Notes: a model not told the origin generated them from the sequence alone. DNA of 64,000 nucleotides from Octopus sinensis (GCF_006345805.1 NC_043026.1:744001-808000); one strand, 5' to 3'. Positions 12,824 to 25,719 are shown, counted from the first letter of the stretch. Numbers and translations are program-made.

Positions 12824-13879
12824 GTATATATATGTATATATATATATGAATATATATTTGTCATATGTTGGATAAGTATGTAGTGTTTACATGGATATAT
12901 ATTTGTGTGTATTATGTATGTATATATGTGTATATATGGCACACCAGCAACTTCATTTGCCTACAATAATGTAGACTGGTTGTACTTTTTGGACAATTGC
13001 ATACATTGTTCAGAGCAGTCACAGGCAACCTGCAGCCCACAGGAGAAAGAGACTCTGATGTAAAACCTGAATGTGGTTCAGTTTCTGCAGACTTGACCAA
13101 TGTTGGGCCAACAGGGAGTGAAATCTAGGTATTCAGTATGGAAAGTGAAAGTAGCTCCCTGCACACATCAGGCCCTGTAGTCAGTTTCACACTCAGGAAC
13201 TTCTTACAAGAACTAATAACTGATTTTTTTACCAAAGATGTTTGTTGTATCCTGAACATCTATGATAATGAAATGGCATCACTTTTATAGTTTCTTCACC
13301 AACGTGGATATGCATAAAATCAGTATAAGCAGAATAGGAGATGAATCTTTATTTAAACAGCCAGCAGCTTCCTCCATTTTAAGAAGCATCATCTGCATCA
13401 TCTATAAAAGACTGGAACCGGGACATGGGTCGGCTTGCTTCAATTATGTATGGGAAGAAGCATGGTACTGCTGCAGCAGTTTCTATCCAGCAAATCTTCC
13501 CACAAGGTCAGCCTAGGGCTATAGGAGAAGAATTGTGGCCAAGGTGTTGCATGATAAGACTGAAGCTGAAACCATGCATTTTGGAAGTTTGCTTTGCAAT
13601 CACAAAATCCCAGATTTGATCCCTATTTTATGCATCATTGCAAGGGTCTTTTACCAGTTTCTGGGCTGAGCCCCAAGCCTTCAGAGTAATATTTGATAGA
13701 TGGAAACTGTACTGAATCCTAGTAGATAGACTATAGCCATAATTCAAAAGTGCAGCCTTGAATCAATGTAACATAGTGTTACATTGATTCTGTGGAATAC
13801 TCAACCACTTATATGATAATTAAGTAATTAGTTCAATTCGTTATACAACTGGGCATGTATTGTTCTTGACAGGAGAAGT

Positions 13880-14430
13880 CATCATGTGTGTATGTGTGTA
13901 CATGCATATAAGTCAGTAAGTATGTATGTATATTATGTATGTGTGTATGTATGTAAATATTCATGTATATATATATGTGTATGTATGTATGTATGTATAT
14001 ATATATGTGTGTATGTATGTATGTATATATATATATATATGATTGTATGTATATACATGTGTGTATGTATGTATGTATGTATGTATATATATATGTGTAT
14101 GTATATATATATACGTGTGTATGTATGTATGTTATATATATATATATGTATGTATGTATATATGTGTGTATGTATGTGTGTATGTATGTGTGTATATATA
14201 TATGTGTATGTATATATATGTGTATGTATGTATGTATGTATGTATGTTATATATAATATATGTGTGTGTATGTATGTATATATATATGTATGTATGTATG
14301 TATGCATGTATGTATGTAATGTATGTATGTATGTATGTAATGTATGTATGTATGTATGTAATGTATGTATGTATGTATGTATGTATGTATGTATGTATGC
14401 ATGCATGCATGCATGCAAATATGTATATAT
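13880..14430. repeat. (TATG)n/(TA)n tract
   Basis: Visible directly. Confidence 0.95.
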
Positions 14431-14854
14431 CTATTTATTGTACGTAATTTTAATTCAGCTAAAATTATTTACACTTCGTTAAATTTGCTACAATTTAATT
14501 TGAATTTAACTAAAACTACAAGAACTACAACAACAACAACAAAAACAAAAACAACAACAACAACAACAATTATGATGACGATGGTGATGATGATGATGAT
14601 GATGATAATGACGACGACGAAGATGATGCCTTTGCTAAGCAGAATGCTTCAGATTTGTAACGGGAGGAGACAAGATGTAGTTGATTATATCAGCCCTGTC
14701 CCTCCCCCAGTATATAACTGGTACTTAGTTTAACTGAACCCCTTCCTATGACAGATGAAAGTTAAAATCCTGGTTGTATATGAAGTCAGAGCCTAGAGAG
14801 ATGGAAGATGCCACAAGGGGTTTCATCCCTCTCAGTCTCCAGTTTCAGCTATAG

Positions 14855-15565
14855 AGTCAGGCATGATGATGGTTAAGTCTGAAATTGTGTGAAAAGTCGG
14901 GGCTAGAGAGAGGCAAGATGTGGTACGAGCACAAACTGCAAAGAGGGGTGGAGTTGGAAACTAGCAGCAAAATCCTCTGGGATTTCCCAATCCAAATAGA
15001 TCAGGTGCTTGAGCATAACAGACCGGACCTAATGGTAGGGGACAAAGTGGCAAGCTGGCAGAAACGTTAGCATGCCGGGCAAAATGCATAGCTGTATTTC
15101 GTCTGCCGTTACGTTCTGAGTTCAAATTCCGTTGGGGTCGACTTTGCCTTTCATCCTTTCGGGGTCGCTAAAAATAAGTACCAGTTACGCACTGGGGTCG
15201 ATATAATCGACTTAATCCGTTCGTCTGTCCTTGTTTGTCCTCTCTGTGTTTAGCCCCTTGTGGGTAGTAAAGAAATGGGTAGGGGACAAGGTGCACCACA
15301 TGTGCTGTATGGTTGATGTTGTGTGCCCCTTCGACCCACGAATAGTCAAGAAGGAAGGCGAAAAGACAGATAGATACATCCCTCTTAAGTACGAAATAGT
15401 CCGGTTATGGAAAATGAGAAGGTGAAGATAGTGCCAATTTTTATTAGGTTCTTGGGAACTATATCAGAAGGCATCAAGAGGAATATAAAGGGAATTGGAA
15501 TAGAGTTCCCAGTAGAACTGTTACAAAAGGTTTGCTTCTTTGGCACGGCCAGAATAATCAGGGAA
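14855..15565 (+). mobile_element. R4/Dong-like non-LTR retrotransposon restriction-like endonuclease remnant, interrupted by SINE B (15050-15277)
   Basis: RHD...WYEH...ILWDFPIQ.D....HNRPDL...VDV.CP.D....KE.EK..RY..L...VKIVP....LG...LLQK....GTARIIR. A 16-bp duplication GGTAGGGGACAA(A/G)GTG lies at 15034 and 15278. Confidence 0.8.
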
Positions 15566-15960
15566 GAATATATGCAAACATCGTTTAACGTCCACTTTCC
15601 ATGCTGGCATGAGTTGGACGATTTGATTGAGGACTGGCGAACCAGATGGCTGCACCAGGCTCCAATCTGATCTGGCAGGGTTTCTACAGCTGGATGCCCT
15701 TACTAATGCCAACCACTCTGTAGGTGTAGTGGGTGCTTTTACGTGCTACCAACATGAGGGCCAGTCAGGTGGTACTGGCAACGACCTTGCTTGAATGTTT
15801 TTTCATGCACAACCGGCAGTAGGGCGACGCTGGTAATGATCATGCTCGAATGGTGCATTTTACGTGCCACCGGCACAGAAGCCAGTTAGTTGCTCTGATG
15901 GTGCTTGGATGGTGCTCTTAGCACTTCACTAGCATGGATGCCAGCCATCGAATTTGATTT

Positions 15961-16009
<49 letters not shown>

Positions 16010-16611
16010 CGTATATTTGCCATATAAATATGGATAACCCCTAAGGGTGGGTGCTACTGTAGTTTGTATCCCTAGGAGGACACCTCCTCTAGCTGGCCAT
16101 AGACACACTTTCTGTGCCCTACACACTTTCTTTTTTACATATATATATATATAATATATATATATATATGTATGTATGTGCATGCATGTATATATGTATG
16201 TGCATGTATGTATATATGTATGTTTATGTGTGTGTGTGTCTGTGTGTGTGTTTCTTTGCTTGTGTCTGTTCCAATGATTCCCGGTGTAAAGTGGAAGAGA
16301 TCGAGTATCTTCAGGACATAAACCGTAACTCAGGTGTTTGATAAATGGCGATTGATAAAATAAGGTCTAGACTTGAATAAGCTAAGGTGGGAGGGTAGGG
16401 GTCAATATAATAAACTGAAACCCCTTTTAAGACGGAGCTCCAGCATGGCCACAAACCAATGACTGAAACCAGGAAAAAAATGAATAAAAGACAACATTCA
16501 CGTATAGACCTATAAACATACATACACACATATATACATGTATATATGCAAACACACAGCTATATACATACATACATACACACATACATACATACATATA
16601 TATATATATAT

Positions 16612-17207
16612 CTTTACTACCCACAAGGGGCTAAACACAGAGGGGACAAACAAGGACAGACAAACGGATTAAGTCGATTACATCGACCCCAGTGCGTAAC
16701 TGGTACTTATTTAATCGACCCCGAAAGGATGAAAGGCAAAGTCGACCTCGGCGGAATTAGAACTCACAACGTAACGACAGACGAAATACCAATTTCTTTA
16801 CTACCCACAAGGGGCTAAACACAGAGGGGACAAACAAGGACAGACAAACGGATTAAGTCGATTACATCGACCCCAGTGCGTAACTGGTACTTAATTTATC
16901 GACCCCGATAGGATGAAAGGCAAAGTCGACCTCGGCGGAATTTGAACTCAGAACGTAACGGCAGACGAAATACCTATTTCTTTATTACCCACAAGGGGCT
17001 AAACACAGAGGGGACAAACAAGGACAGACAAACGGATTAAGTCGATTACATCGACCCCAGTGCGTAACTGGTACTTAATTTATCGACCCCGATAGGATGA
17101 AAGGCAAAGTCGACCTCGGCGGAATTTGAACTCACAACGTAATGACAGGCGAAATACTACCAAGCATTTCGCCCGGCGCGCTAACGTTTCTACCATCTCG
17201 CCGCCTT
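16612..17207 (-). mobile_element. SINE family B, head plus 3 tandem bodies
   Basis: Three near-identical ~184-bp units and a single head at ~17160-17207. Confidence 0.85.
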
Positions 17208-17221
17208 ATATATATACACAT

Positions 17222-17478
17222 ATCCGGATTGTTTGTAGAAATACATAATTCCAGAAAAAAAGCACACTCTGAGATGCAGGGCAGTTAATATTCCAGTGGG
17301 GCAGGCCGGTCTATGGTGTTACCCTGGGTTTAAATATTTTAAAGAGATCTAAATATTTAAAAATATTTTAAAGAGGTCTCAGGCCAAGCTGTGTTTGGGG
17401 TCTGAAGATATGCCATAAGGCTAAACCCCTTATGAGTGAGAAACCCAGGGTAACCCCATAAACCGGCCTGCCCCTCTA
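17222..17478 (+). mobile_element. Inverted-repeat element with hammerhead, family 4
   Basis: GGGGCAGGCCGGTCTATGGTGTTACCCTGGGTTT (~17297-17330) is inverted at ~17441-17474. TA flanks on both sides. A related tail fragment lies at 24959-25064. Confidence 0.75.
17397..17457 (+). ncRNA. Minimal type I hammerhead ribozyme with intact core
   Basis: GGGGT-CTGAAGA-[helix II CATAAGG/CCTTATG]-GAAA-CCCAGGG-TA^ACCCC. Helix I is GGGGU/ACCCC and helix III is the quasi-palindrome ACCCAGGGU. Predicted cut between 17452 and 17453. Confidence 0.75.
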
Positions 17479-17792
17479 TAATATATATATATATATGTGT
17501 ATGTATGTATGTATATATATATATGGAGAGAGAGAGAGAGAGAGAGACAGATCACATATAATGTTTAACATATCATACATATATAGTTTAGAATGGTAAA
17601 CTTAGTAGGGTTATATGTATATAAACTCATAAATGTAAAGGTACAATATACATATATATAGCTTAAAAGGGTCAACTCCAGGGTTAACACCCAAATGAAA
17701 TTACTCTATGTCCGCAAGTATGTATGTATATGCACAATCAAATGATAGTGATTCGACAAGTTATTGCAAAGCTGGAGAAGTTGGGACGTTAC

Positions 17793-17929
17793 CTGCATAT
17801 GTTTCGATTTAGGTGGTTTGTTCGTTACGTCTGAACACAATGATGTTAACATCTGATAGCCTGTTTTGTTGGTGGCCCGAGGGATCTTCGATTTACCCAT
17901 ATGTAGAGGGACATCTCCTTCCTGTTCGT
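17793..17929 (-). CDS. Coding exon (137 nt)
   Basis: Long polypyrimidine tract then tttcag|AC GAA... ATG CAG|gtaacg. The phase-1 start (G+AC=Asp) matches the previous exon. Encodes DEQEGDVPLHMGKSKIPRA...KHMQ and ends in phase 0. Confidence 0.85.
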
Positions 17930-18335
17930 CTGAAATGCAGAATGGGAGGAATAGAAAGAAAAGGGGTATTTTCAAGTTGAAAGGATCAGTGAATGACTTG
18001 TAAACAGTTGAAGAGTGAGTGTGATAGATATGGGAAGAGCAAGAAAGACATTGAGAGTTTGAGAGAAAGAGAGAGAGGGAGAGAGAGAGAGAGAAAGGGA
18101 GAGAGAGAGGAAGGGAGAGAGAGAGAGGAAGGGAGAGAGAGAGAGAGAGAGGGAGAGTAATTAGTATTTTTCTACTTTAGGCACAAGGACCAAGATTTTT
18201 GGCGAGGGGGCCAGTCAATTAGATCGACCACAGTATGCAACTGGTACTTCATTTATCAACCCCGAAAGGATGAAAAGGTGGAGTACAAACAAACAAATGT
18301 ATTAGTGTAGTGCTCAGGAATAGAAATAGAAAAAG

Positions 18336-18373
18336 TCTTTTACGTTTCGAGCCTATGCTCTTCAACAGAAAGA
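18336..18373 (-). ncRNA. Minimal hammerhead motif, variant core (CUGUUGA)
   Basis: TCTTT-CTGTTGA-A-GAGC(ATAG)GCTC-GAA-ACGT-A^AAAGA. Helices I and II are perfect, helix III is the palindrome ACGU, and A6 is changed to U. Confidence 0.6.
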
Positions 18374-18487
18374 TAAACAGAAAAGAAACAAAGAGAGAAA
18401 CAAGGAGAGAAAAAAATGCATGTAGGAGCTAATGATCTATCATGGCGTATATATATATAGTCATGTATGTAATAATGTTTCTCTTAC

Positions 18488-18615
18488 CTTTAACAATGGG
18501 ATGTATTTTCGATGAACCTCCAATTGCTATTCTGTCAACCGTCTCTTCCAAAATTCTATCTCCAATGATATCATTTCCTTCCCGAATATCTAATAACCGG
18601 TCATTCTTCCCAGCT
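18488..18615 (-). CDS. Coding exon (128 nt) downstream of the large exon
   Basis: T-rich tract then ctgcag|A GCT GGG... AAA G|gtaaga. The phase-2 start completes AG+A=Arg from the large exon. Encodes AGKNDRLLDIREGNDIIGDRILEETVDRIAIGGSSKIHPIVK and ends in phase 1. Confidence 0.85.
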
Positions 18616-19269
18616 CTGCAGAAAAAAAAAAAACAGAAAAAAAAGAAAGAAATTAATCATATATTAAATATTTATGGATTGAGGAGGCTTTGTTTTTTTT
18701 TTTATTGGTTTCACTCAGTGAACCATGGTGATTTTAAAGCAACACTTTCAATGCACTTTTAGTTTCTGTGAAGAGTAAAAGACCCAAAGTTTTGGGATCT
18801 TGTCTTTCTACAGAGAGAAAGACTATGGAGCTTCATGCCAAAATTGTCTGTGCTATTAGCTTCTGTATTTTTCTCCCTAAAGAAAGACAAGTTTGTAAAA
18901 TGTTGGGGTTTTTACACCTCATGCGAGATCAGCTTTTACAAAATAACTCTTACCAATGAAGACAGCCAGCAGCTGTTCAGAGAACCTGGATCTTAACTTC
19001 TTACACACATTCGAATAACATGCATATATATATATATGTATATACATGTGTGTGTGTGTGTGTGTGAGCGCACATGTGCATCAATGTCACATCTCAAAAG
19101 ACAACCACCAGATAACATTGACAAGTGTATTAATTTGATTTACCATCCATATTTATACATAAAATACTGTCATTTTTGATGGCACAGGGCCAGCTAGTAT
19201 GCATGTAATTATTGCAAATATATCAAAAATATATGTGTGTATGTATGTATATATATATATATATATATA

Positions 19270-19555
19270 TAAGGAAATGAAGAAAATGCTGACAAAATAA
19301 TTTAAGTAAGGGAGAGTGTATTTAATTAGGTGAAAGTTCAAACCGTCCAACCCATGCCAGATAAAAGAAAAAAAATCTATCAGAAAGGAACTCTATCTCT
19401 CTTAAAAAAATATCTTTTGATAAGCATAAGAAATGCGCAACCGGTAAAAAGAACTTTCACCTAATTAAATACACTCTCCCTTACTTAAATTATTTTGTCA
19501 GCATTTTCTTCATTTCCTTTTTTTATATATCACAACTCGTGTTCCACATCTCCTT
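19270..19555 (+). mobile_element. Inverted-repeat element, family 5, with degenerate hammerhead
   Basis: Near-perfect ~70-bp arms 19271-19340 / 19451-19521. Internal TCTTT-TGATAA-GCAT(AAGAA)ATGC-GCA-ACCGGT-A^AAAAGA. Confidence 0.7.
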
Positions 19556-19589
19556 TTTTAAATATATATATATATATATGTATTCACAT

Positions 19590-19830
19590 AAATATCAATA
19601 AAATCATTAATTAAAATACAGATCATATCAACTGGCCAGCAAGGAATAAAAACTTTATAGGTATTAATCATTATTAAAATTATAATTAAGGAACGTCTAA
19701 GAGATACCACCATGCTAGAGATAGCAGTCAAAACTTGAATCTAAAACCACATCATGTGGTTTTATAGTCAAATTTTGACTGCTATCTCTAGCATGGTGGT
19801 ATCTCTTTGATATCCTTAATTATAATTTCA
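19590..19830. mobile_element. Fold-back element, family 6
   Basis: Arms AATTATAATTAAGGA...GATACCACCATGCTAGAGATAGCAGTCAAAA (~19678-19732) inverted at ~19772-19827, with a tail and TA flanks. Confidence 0.7.
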
Positions 19831-20224
19831 TATATATACGTATATAAATGTGTAAATAAATCAGATTAGCCACTCTTAACTATGCAATGTAATCAAAGAC
19901 ATAATTCATACCATTATTATGCAATTCTAGACTCTATTGGAAACTATTTAGCAAATCTTGATGCTTTACCAATTACATATGTAGTTGAAGCTCAAACCAT
20001 GATTCCAGGTGTGGAGAAGAAAACAAACTACTATATACCATATTTTAAAGTGTGTAAGGAACCTGTTTTTTGTCAAAAATTAGGTTTAAAAATATATGGA
20101 TTTTTCTTTTACATGGATAGAATTATAATCCCTTACAAAACCATTTTCCCAAATTTTAAGCCCCCCCCCTCCCCAAATTAGGGTGTTTCCTGATACAGGG
20201 GGGTTCCTTATACAGGCTATAATA

Positions 20225-20597
20225 TGTGAAGGTGCAATGGCCCAGTGGTTAGGGCAGCGGACTCGCGGTTTCGATTCCCAGACCGGGCGTTGTGAGTGTT
20301 TATTGAGCGAAAACACCTAAAAAGCTCCACGACGCTCCGGCAGGGGATGGTGGTGATCCCTGCTGTACTCTTTCACCACAACTTTCTCTCACTCTTACTT
20401 CCTGTTTCTGTTGTACCTGTATTTCAAGGGGCCGGCCTTGTCACTCTCTGTGTCACGCTGAATATCCCCGAGAACTACGTTAAGGGTACACGTGTCTGTG
20501 GAGTGCTCAGCCACTTACACGTTAATTTCATGAGCAGGCTGTTCCGTTGATTCGGATGAACCGGAACCCTCGTCATCGTAACCGACGGAGTGCTTCT
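20225..20597 (+). mobile_element. SINE family C inserted in a probable MITE (~20036-20610)
   Basis: tRNA-like head with TAATATG on both sides. The host sequence is repeated at ~32440-32595. Confidence 0.75.
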
Positions 20598-20798
20598 AAA
20601 TAATATGGTTATATGCGGTCTTGGCTATGTGGTAAGAAGTTTGTTTCCAAACCATATGGTTTCAGGTTCAGTCCCAGTTAAACACCTTGAGCAAATTTAT
20701 TCCACTATAGCTTTAGGTCGACCAAAGATTTCTGAGTAGATTTTTGTAGATGGAAGCAGAATAAAACCAACTGTGTGTGTGTAAAATCGATGTTATCC

Positions 20799-21208
20799 AG
20801 GTGCAGGATTGGCTGTGTGGTAAGTAGCTTGCTTACCAACCACATGGTTCTGGGTTCAGTCCCACTGCGTGACATCTTGGGCAAGTGTCTTCAACTATAG
20901 CTTTGGGCCAACCAAAGCCTTGTGAGTGAATTTGGTAGACGGAAACTGAAAGAAGCCTGTCGTATATATGTATATGTATATATATATATGTGTGTGTTTG
21001 TGTGTCTGTGTTTGTCTCCCCAACATCGCTTGACAACTGATGCTGGTGTGTTTACGTCCCCATCACTTAGCGGTTCAGCAAAAGAGACTGATAGAGTAAG
21101 TACTAGGCTTACAAAGAATAAGTCCTGGGGTGTCGAGTTGCTTGATTAGAGGCGGTGCTCCAGCATGGCCGCAGTCAAATGACGGAAACAAGTAAAAGAG
21201 TAAAAGAG
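20799..21208 (+). mobile_element. SINE family A
   Basis: Collinear with 1670-2078. Confidence 0.85.
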
Positions 21209-21507
21209 ATATATGTCATTTACAGATGACATAAAGTGCACCTGTGCAGGTGCTGCATGGATGCAATCATGCCAGTGGCACGTAAAATGCACGCAGCATA
21301 CTTTGTAAAGTGTTTGGCATTACGAGGTGCACGCAGCCATAGAAACCATGCCAAACAGACAATCAGAGCCTGGATAGCTCCTCGGCTGGCTTGCCTCCCT
21401 GTCAAACCGTCCAACCCATGCCAGCATGGAAAAACGGACGTTAAGTGATGATAATAATGATGATGATGATGATGATGATGATATATTCCACATTTCATAA
21501 TATCTAT

Positions 21508-21913
21508 TCGAGGAGTGGCTGTGTGGTAAGTAGCTTGCTAACCAACCACATGGTTCCGGGGTTCAGTCCCACTGCATGGCATCTTGGGCAAGTGTCTTCA
21601 GCTATAGCCCCGGGCTGACCAATGCCTTGTGAGTGGATTTGGTAGATGGAAACTGAAAGAAGCCTGTCGTATATATGCATGTATATATATATGTGTGTGT
21701 GTGTGTTTGGGTGTGTTTGTCCCCCTAGCATTGCTTGACAACCGATGCTGGTGTGTTTACGTCCCCGTCACTTAGCGGTTCGGCAAAAGAGACCGATAGA
21801 ATAAGTACTGGGCTTACAAAAGAATAAGTCCCGGGGTCGATTTGCTCGACTAAAGGCGGTGCTCCAGCATGGCCGCACTCAAATGACTGAAACAAGTAAA
21901 AGAGTAAAAGAGT
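21508..21913 (+). mobile_element. SINE family A
   Basis: Collinear with 1670-2078. Confidence 0.85.
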
Positions 21914-22264
21914 AATCAATTGTCAACTGAAAAATAAAATAGGGGGAGAGGGTGTATAACAGATTATGTCTTTGATTTCATTCTAAGGTTACACAAGTGT
22001 TTGTTTCCAGTGATATATACACAAGTTACATTGCAGATAAAAATGCAGACAATACATTAAATAATAATAATAACAATGATAATATCAGGTCATCCCATAA
22101 GTTCTGTCCGAATTTTGAATAAAGAAAACAAGTGATCAAATGTTATATTTAATTGAAATTTAATCATCAATGTGCTTTCCCTGATTATCTATGGCTTCCT
22201 TCCATGAGGTCGACTTTGCCTTTCATCCTTTTGGGGTCGATAAATTAAGTACCAGTTAAGCACT

Positions 22265-22642
22265 CATCATTCATCATTGTTCGACCGTGGTCGAGACAAT
22301 GGAATTTACTATGTTGCGCCAGACTTCACGGTCCATCATAGCATTACGGAGGTCCTGTTGCTGGATGCCTGTATCCCTGGAGATTACATCAGGGTAGGAG
22401 AGTGTGCGCCCTCTAGTGTTACGAGTAGATGGCTTCCAGAGGAGAAGAGTAGAAATTACTTCTTTTTCAGCTCTACAACAATGTCCAGCAAACTGGACTC
22501 TCCTACCTTTCACAAGAGATGATACAGGTGGTAGTTTCCCATATATTTGCATTTTGGTTGGATGGCGCCTCCACGAGAGATTTTGAGCTCTCATAAGGAG
22601 GCGAGTGTAGGTTCCATCCAACTGCCTCTCAAGCTTCTTTGA
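22265..22642 (-). mobile_element. 5'-truncated RTE-clade LINE inserted in SINE B
   Basis: Uninterrupted ORF ...RRVQFAGHCCR...RGR...AMMDREVWR...*, a short TGA-repeat tail, and TSD TAAGCACT at 22257-22264 and 22643-22650. Confidence 0.85.
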
Positions 22643-23034
22643 TAAGCACTGGAGTCGATGTAATCGACTTAATACCTTTGTCTGTCCTTGTTTGTCCCCT
22701 CTATGTTTAGCCCCTTGTGGGCAATAAAGAAATATATTTACAAGCTTTTTAATCCCTTCCATGTAAAACTGTTTTGGATTCAAAGCGAAAAACTCTGAAA
22801 TGTCAGTTTTGACCTCTTCCTGGCTTGCGAAAGTTATATCCCCCAAATGATTCTGTAAACTACGAAACAAATGGTAGTCAGAAGGAGCAAGGTCAGGAAA
22901 ATAAGGTGGATGAAGAATTTTGTCCCAACCAAGTTCTTTGATCTTCTGTGATGTGATCTTTGCAGTACTTCCATGTAAGAAAGGGTTTTAATCAAAGAAA
23001 TTTTAATTCTATTATTCTGTAAAATTATATTTAA

Positions 23035-23552
23035 CTAGCAGTATCGCCCGGCGTTGCTCGGGTTTGTAAGGGAAATAACTATATAAGCATTTTTTAGAGA
23101 GTTACTTCCCTTATAGATGCCAATTCGGGCTTTCTTAGCCATTTCTCTTTTGGTGTCTTCAAGCCATGAAGTCGTTGTTCTAAAAGAACGCTGGTCTCCT
23201 TGACAACGCTTTACGACGTTGATTTCCTTACACTCCCTTCCCCACAGCTTCACGAGGGAGGGAAGAAGGGGGAGAAGCAAACACAGGTGCAGGTGTTTGA
23301 GCGTGGACGCCAACTCCGCCGCCATCGACACACGAAAAATTATGCATTAAAATGGAATAAAAAATGATGTTAAATTATTTTTAAAATCGTAGACTCATCG
23401 TAGATGCGCGCTAATACTCAGACGGGCTCGATATGAATCACGACTATAAGATACCCGAATTTGGTTAAACTGCACCGCAAAGTGTGGGAGTAGTTAGGAA
23501 TCTGAATCGAAGGGGACAGACACTCACACAACTACAGTTTTATATATATAGA
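23035..23552 (-). mobile_element. Non-autonomous Helitron-type element nested in the mariner
   Basis: A|TCTATATA...CCCGAGCAACGCCGGG-CGATACTG-CTAG|T. Canonical TC and CTAG ends, subterminal hairpin and AT target. Confidence 0.85.
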
Positions 23553-24261
23553 TTGGTGTAAATGTACACAAATGCATAAAAATAATTTCTAATTCCATTA
23601 GACATTCTAAAATACTATTAAATTTCATTCAATTTTAAAAAAGGTAAAATCGGACGGAACGTATGGGATTTGAACTCAGAATGTAACGACAGACGAAATA
23701 CCTGTTTCTTTACTACCCACAAGGGGCTAAACATAGAGGGGACAAATAAGGACAGACAAATGGATTAAGTCGATTACATCGACCCCAGTGCGTAACTGGT
23801 ACTTAATTTATCGACCATGAAAGGATGAAAGGCAAAGTCGACCTCGGCGGAATTTGAACTCAGAATGTGATGACAGACCTGTTTCTTTATTACTCACAAG
23901 GGGCTAAACACAGAGGAGACAAACAAGGACAGACAAATGGATTAAGTCGATTACATCGACCTCAGTGCGTAACTGGTAATTATGGCATGACCTGATAATA
24001 ATAATAATAATAATAATAATATTTTCAAATTTTGCCTCAAGGGCAGCAATTTGGGGGAGGGATGAGGTTAGTCGATTAGATCGATCTCAATACACAACTG
24101 GTACTTAATTTATTAACCCCCAAGAGGATGAAAGGCAAAGTTGACCTCAGCGGAATTTGAACTCAGAACATAGCAGCAGGCAAAATACCGCTAAGCGTTT
24201 TGCCTGGCGTGCTAATGATTCTGCCAGCTCACCACTTTAAATAATAACAACAACAACAATG

Positions 24262-24302
<41 letters not shown>

Positions 24303-24584
24303 ATGAATAATAAGAATGAGAACAATATAAAAACAACAATAAGAAGGGTGTCAATGAGAACAGGTAAGACGAAGGTGTTAATTAATGTTGACACCTGCAC
24401 AGAGGTTTGTTTGCAAAATTAATTTTGATTTTCCCTTTCAACTAACTTTAGTTTCTGGCTGCAGTTATTGATCTTTCACCTTTTACCATTTTATTTCTTT
24501 CAGTCATTGGACACAGGCCATGATGGAGCACAACTTTGAACGGTACTTTGGTCAAACAAAGCGAACCTGGGACTTATTTATATA

Positions 24585-24912
24585 CTCTTTTTACTTGTTT
24601 CAGCACCGCCTTTAGTCGAGCAACTCGACCCCGGGACTTATTCTTTGTAAGCCCAGTACTTATTCTATCGGTCTGTTTTGCCGAACCGCTAAGTAACGCT
24701 AGGGGGGACAAACACAGACACACAAACATATACACACACATATATATATATATACATATATACGACAGGCTTCTTTCAGTTTCCGTCTACCAAATCCACT
24801 CACAAGGCATTGGTCGGCCCGGGGCTATAGCAGAAGACACTTGCCCAAGCTGCCACGCAGTGGGACTGAACCCGGAACCATGTGGTTAGTTAGCAAGCTA
24901 CTTACCACACAG
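24585..24912 (-). mobile_element. SINE family A, internally deleted
   Basis: Reverse complement of family A with two internal deletions. Confidence 0.8.
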
Positions 24913-25065
24913 TATGTATGTATATATGTATATGTATATATGATTATGTATACGTATATCCGGATCATTTGTAGAAGTACATTAATCCGGAGGAGAATCA
25001 CACTCTAAGATGTAGAGCAGTTAATACTACAATGGGGAGGGGCAGTTAAACCAGCCTCCTCATCA

Positions 25066-25070
25066 TATGT

Positions 25071-25111
<41 letters not shown>

Positions 25112-25164
25112 GTGTGTGTGTGTGTGTGTGTTGTTTGTGTGTGTGTGTGTGTTTGCGTGTGTGA

Positions 25165-25196
<32 letters not shown>

Positions 25197-25208
25197 GTTT
25201 GTGTGTGT

Positions 25209-25260
<52 letters not shown>

Positions 25261-25379
25261 TTGGTGTGTGTGTTTGTGTGTGTGGTTGTGTGTGTGTGTG
25301 TTGTGTGTGTGTGTGTGTTTGCGTGTGTGAGTGTGTTGTGTGTGTGTGTTGTGTTTGTGTGTGTGTGTTGTGTGTTGTG

Positions 25380-25413
<34 letters not shown>

Positions 25414-25688
25414 GTGTGTGTGTGTGTGGTGTGTGTTTGTGTGTGTGTGTGTGGTGGTGTGTTTGTGTGTGTGTGTGTGTGTTTGTGTGTGCGTTTGTGT
25501 GTGTGTGTGTGAGTGTGTTTGTGTTTGTGTGTGTGGTGTGTTGTGTGTGTTGTGTGTGTGTTTGTGTGTGTTGTGTGTTGTGTGTGTGTGGTGTGTTTGT
25601 GTGTGTGTTGCGTGTGTGAGTGTGTTGTGTGTGTGTGTTTGTGTGTGTGTTGTGTGTGAGTGTGTGTGTGTGTTTGTGTGTGTGGTGT

Positions 25689-25719
<31 letters not shown>

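Larger units (their letters stand above)
22085..23995 (-). mobile_element. Decayed mariner transposon with four nested insertions
   Basis: TA|TCAGGTCATCCCATA... and ...TATGGCATGACCTGA|TA TIRs. Transposase remnant LGW..LHPPYFPDLAPSDYHLFRSLQ...FYMEGIKKL (22735-22960) continues as WKEAIDNQGKHIDD* (~22160-22204). Confidence 0.9.

Noticed and set aside
20225-20290. tRNA genes
   Set aside because: These tRNA-like sequences are SINE heads continuing into SINE bodies, with no complete cloverleaf.
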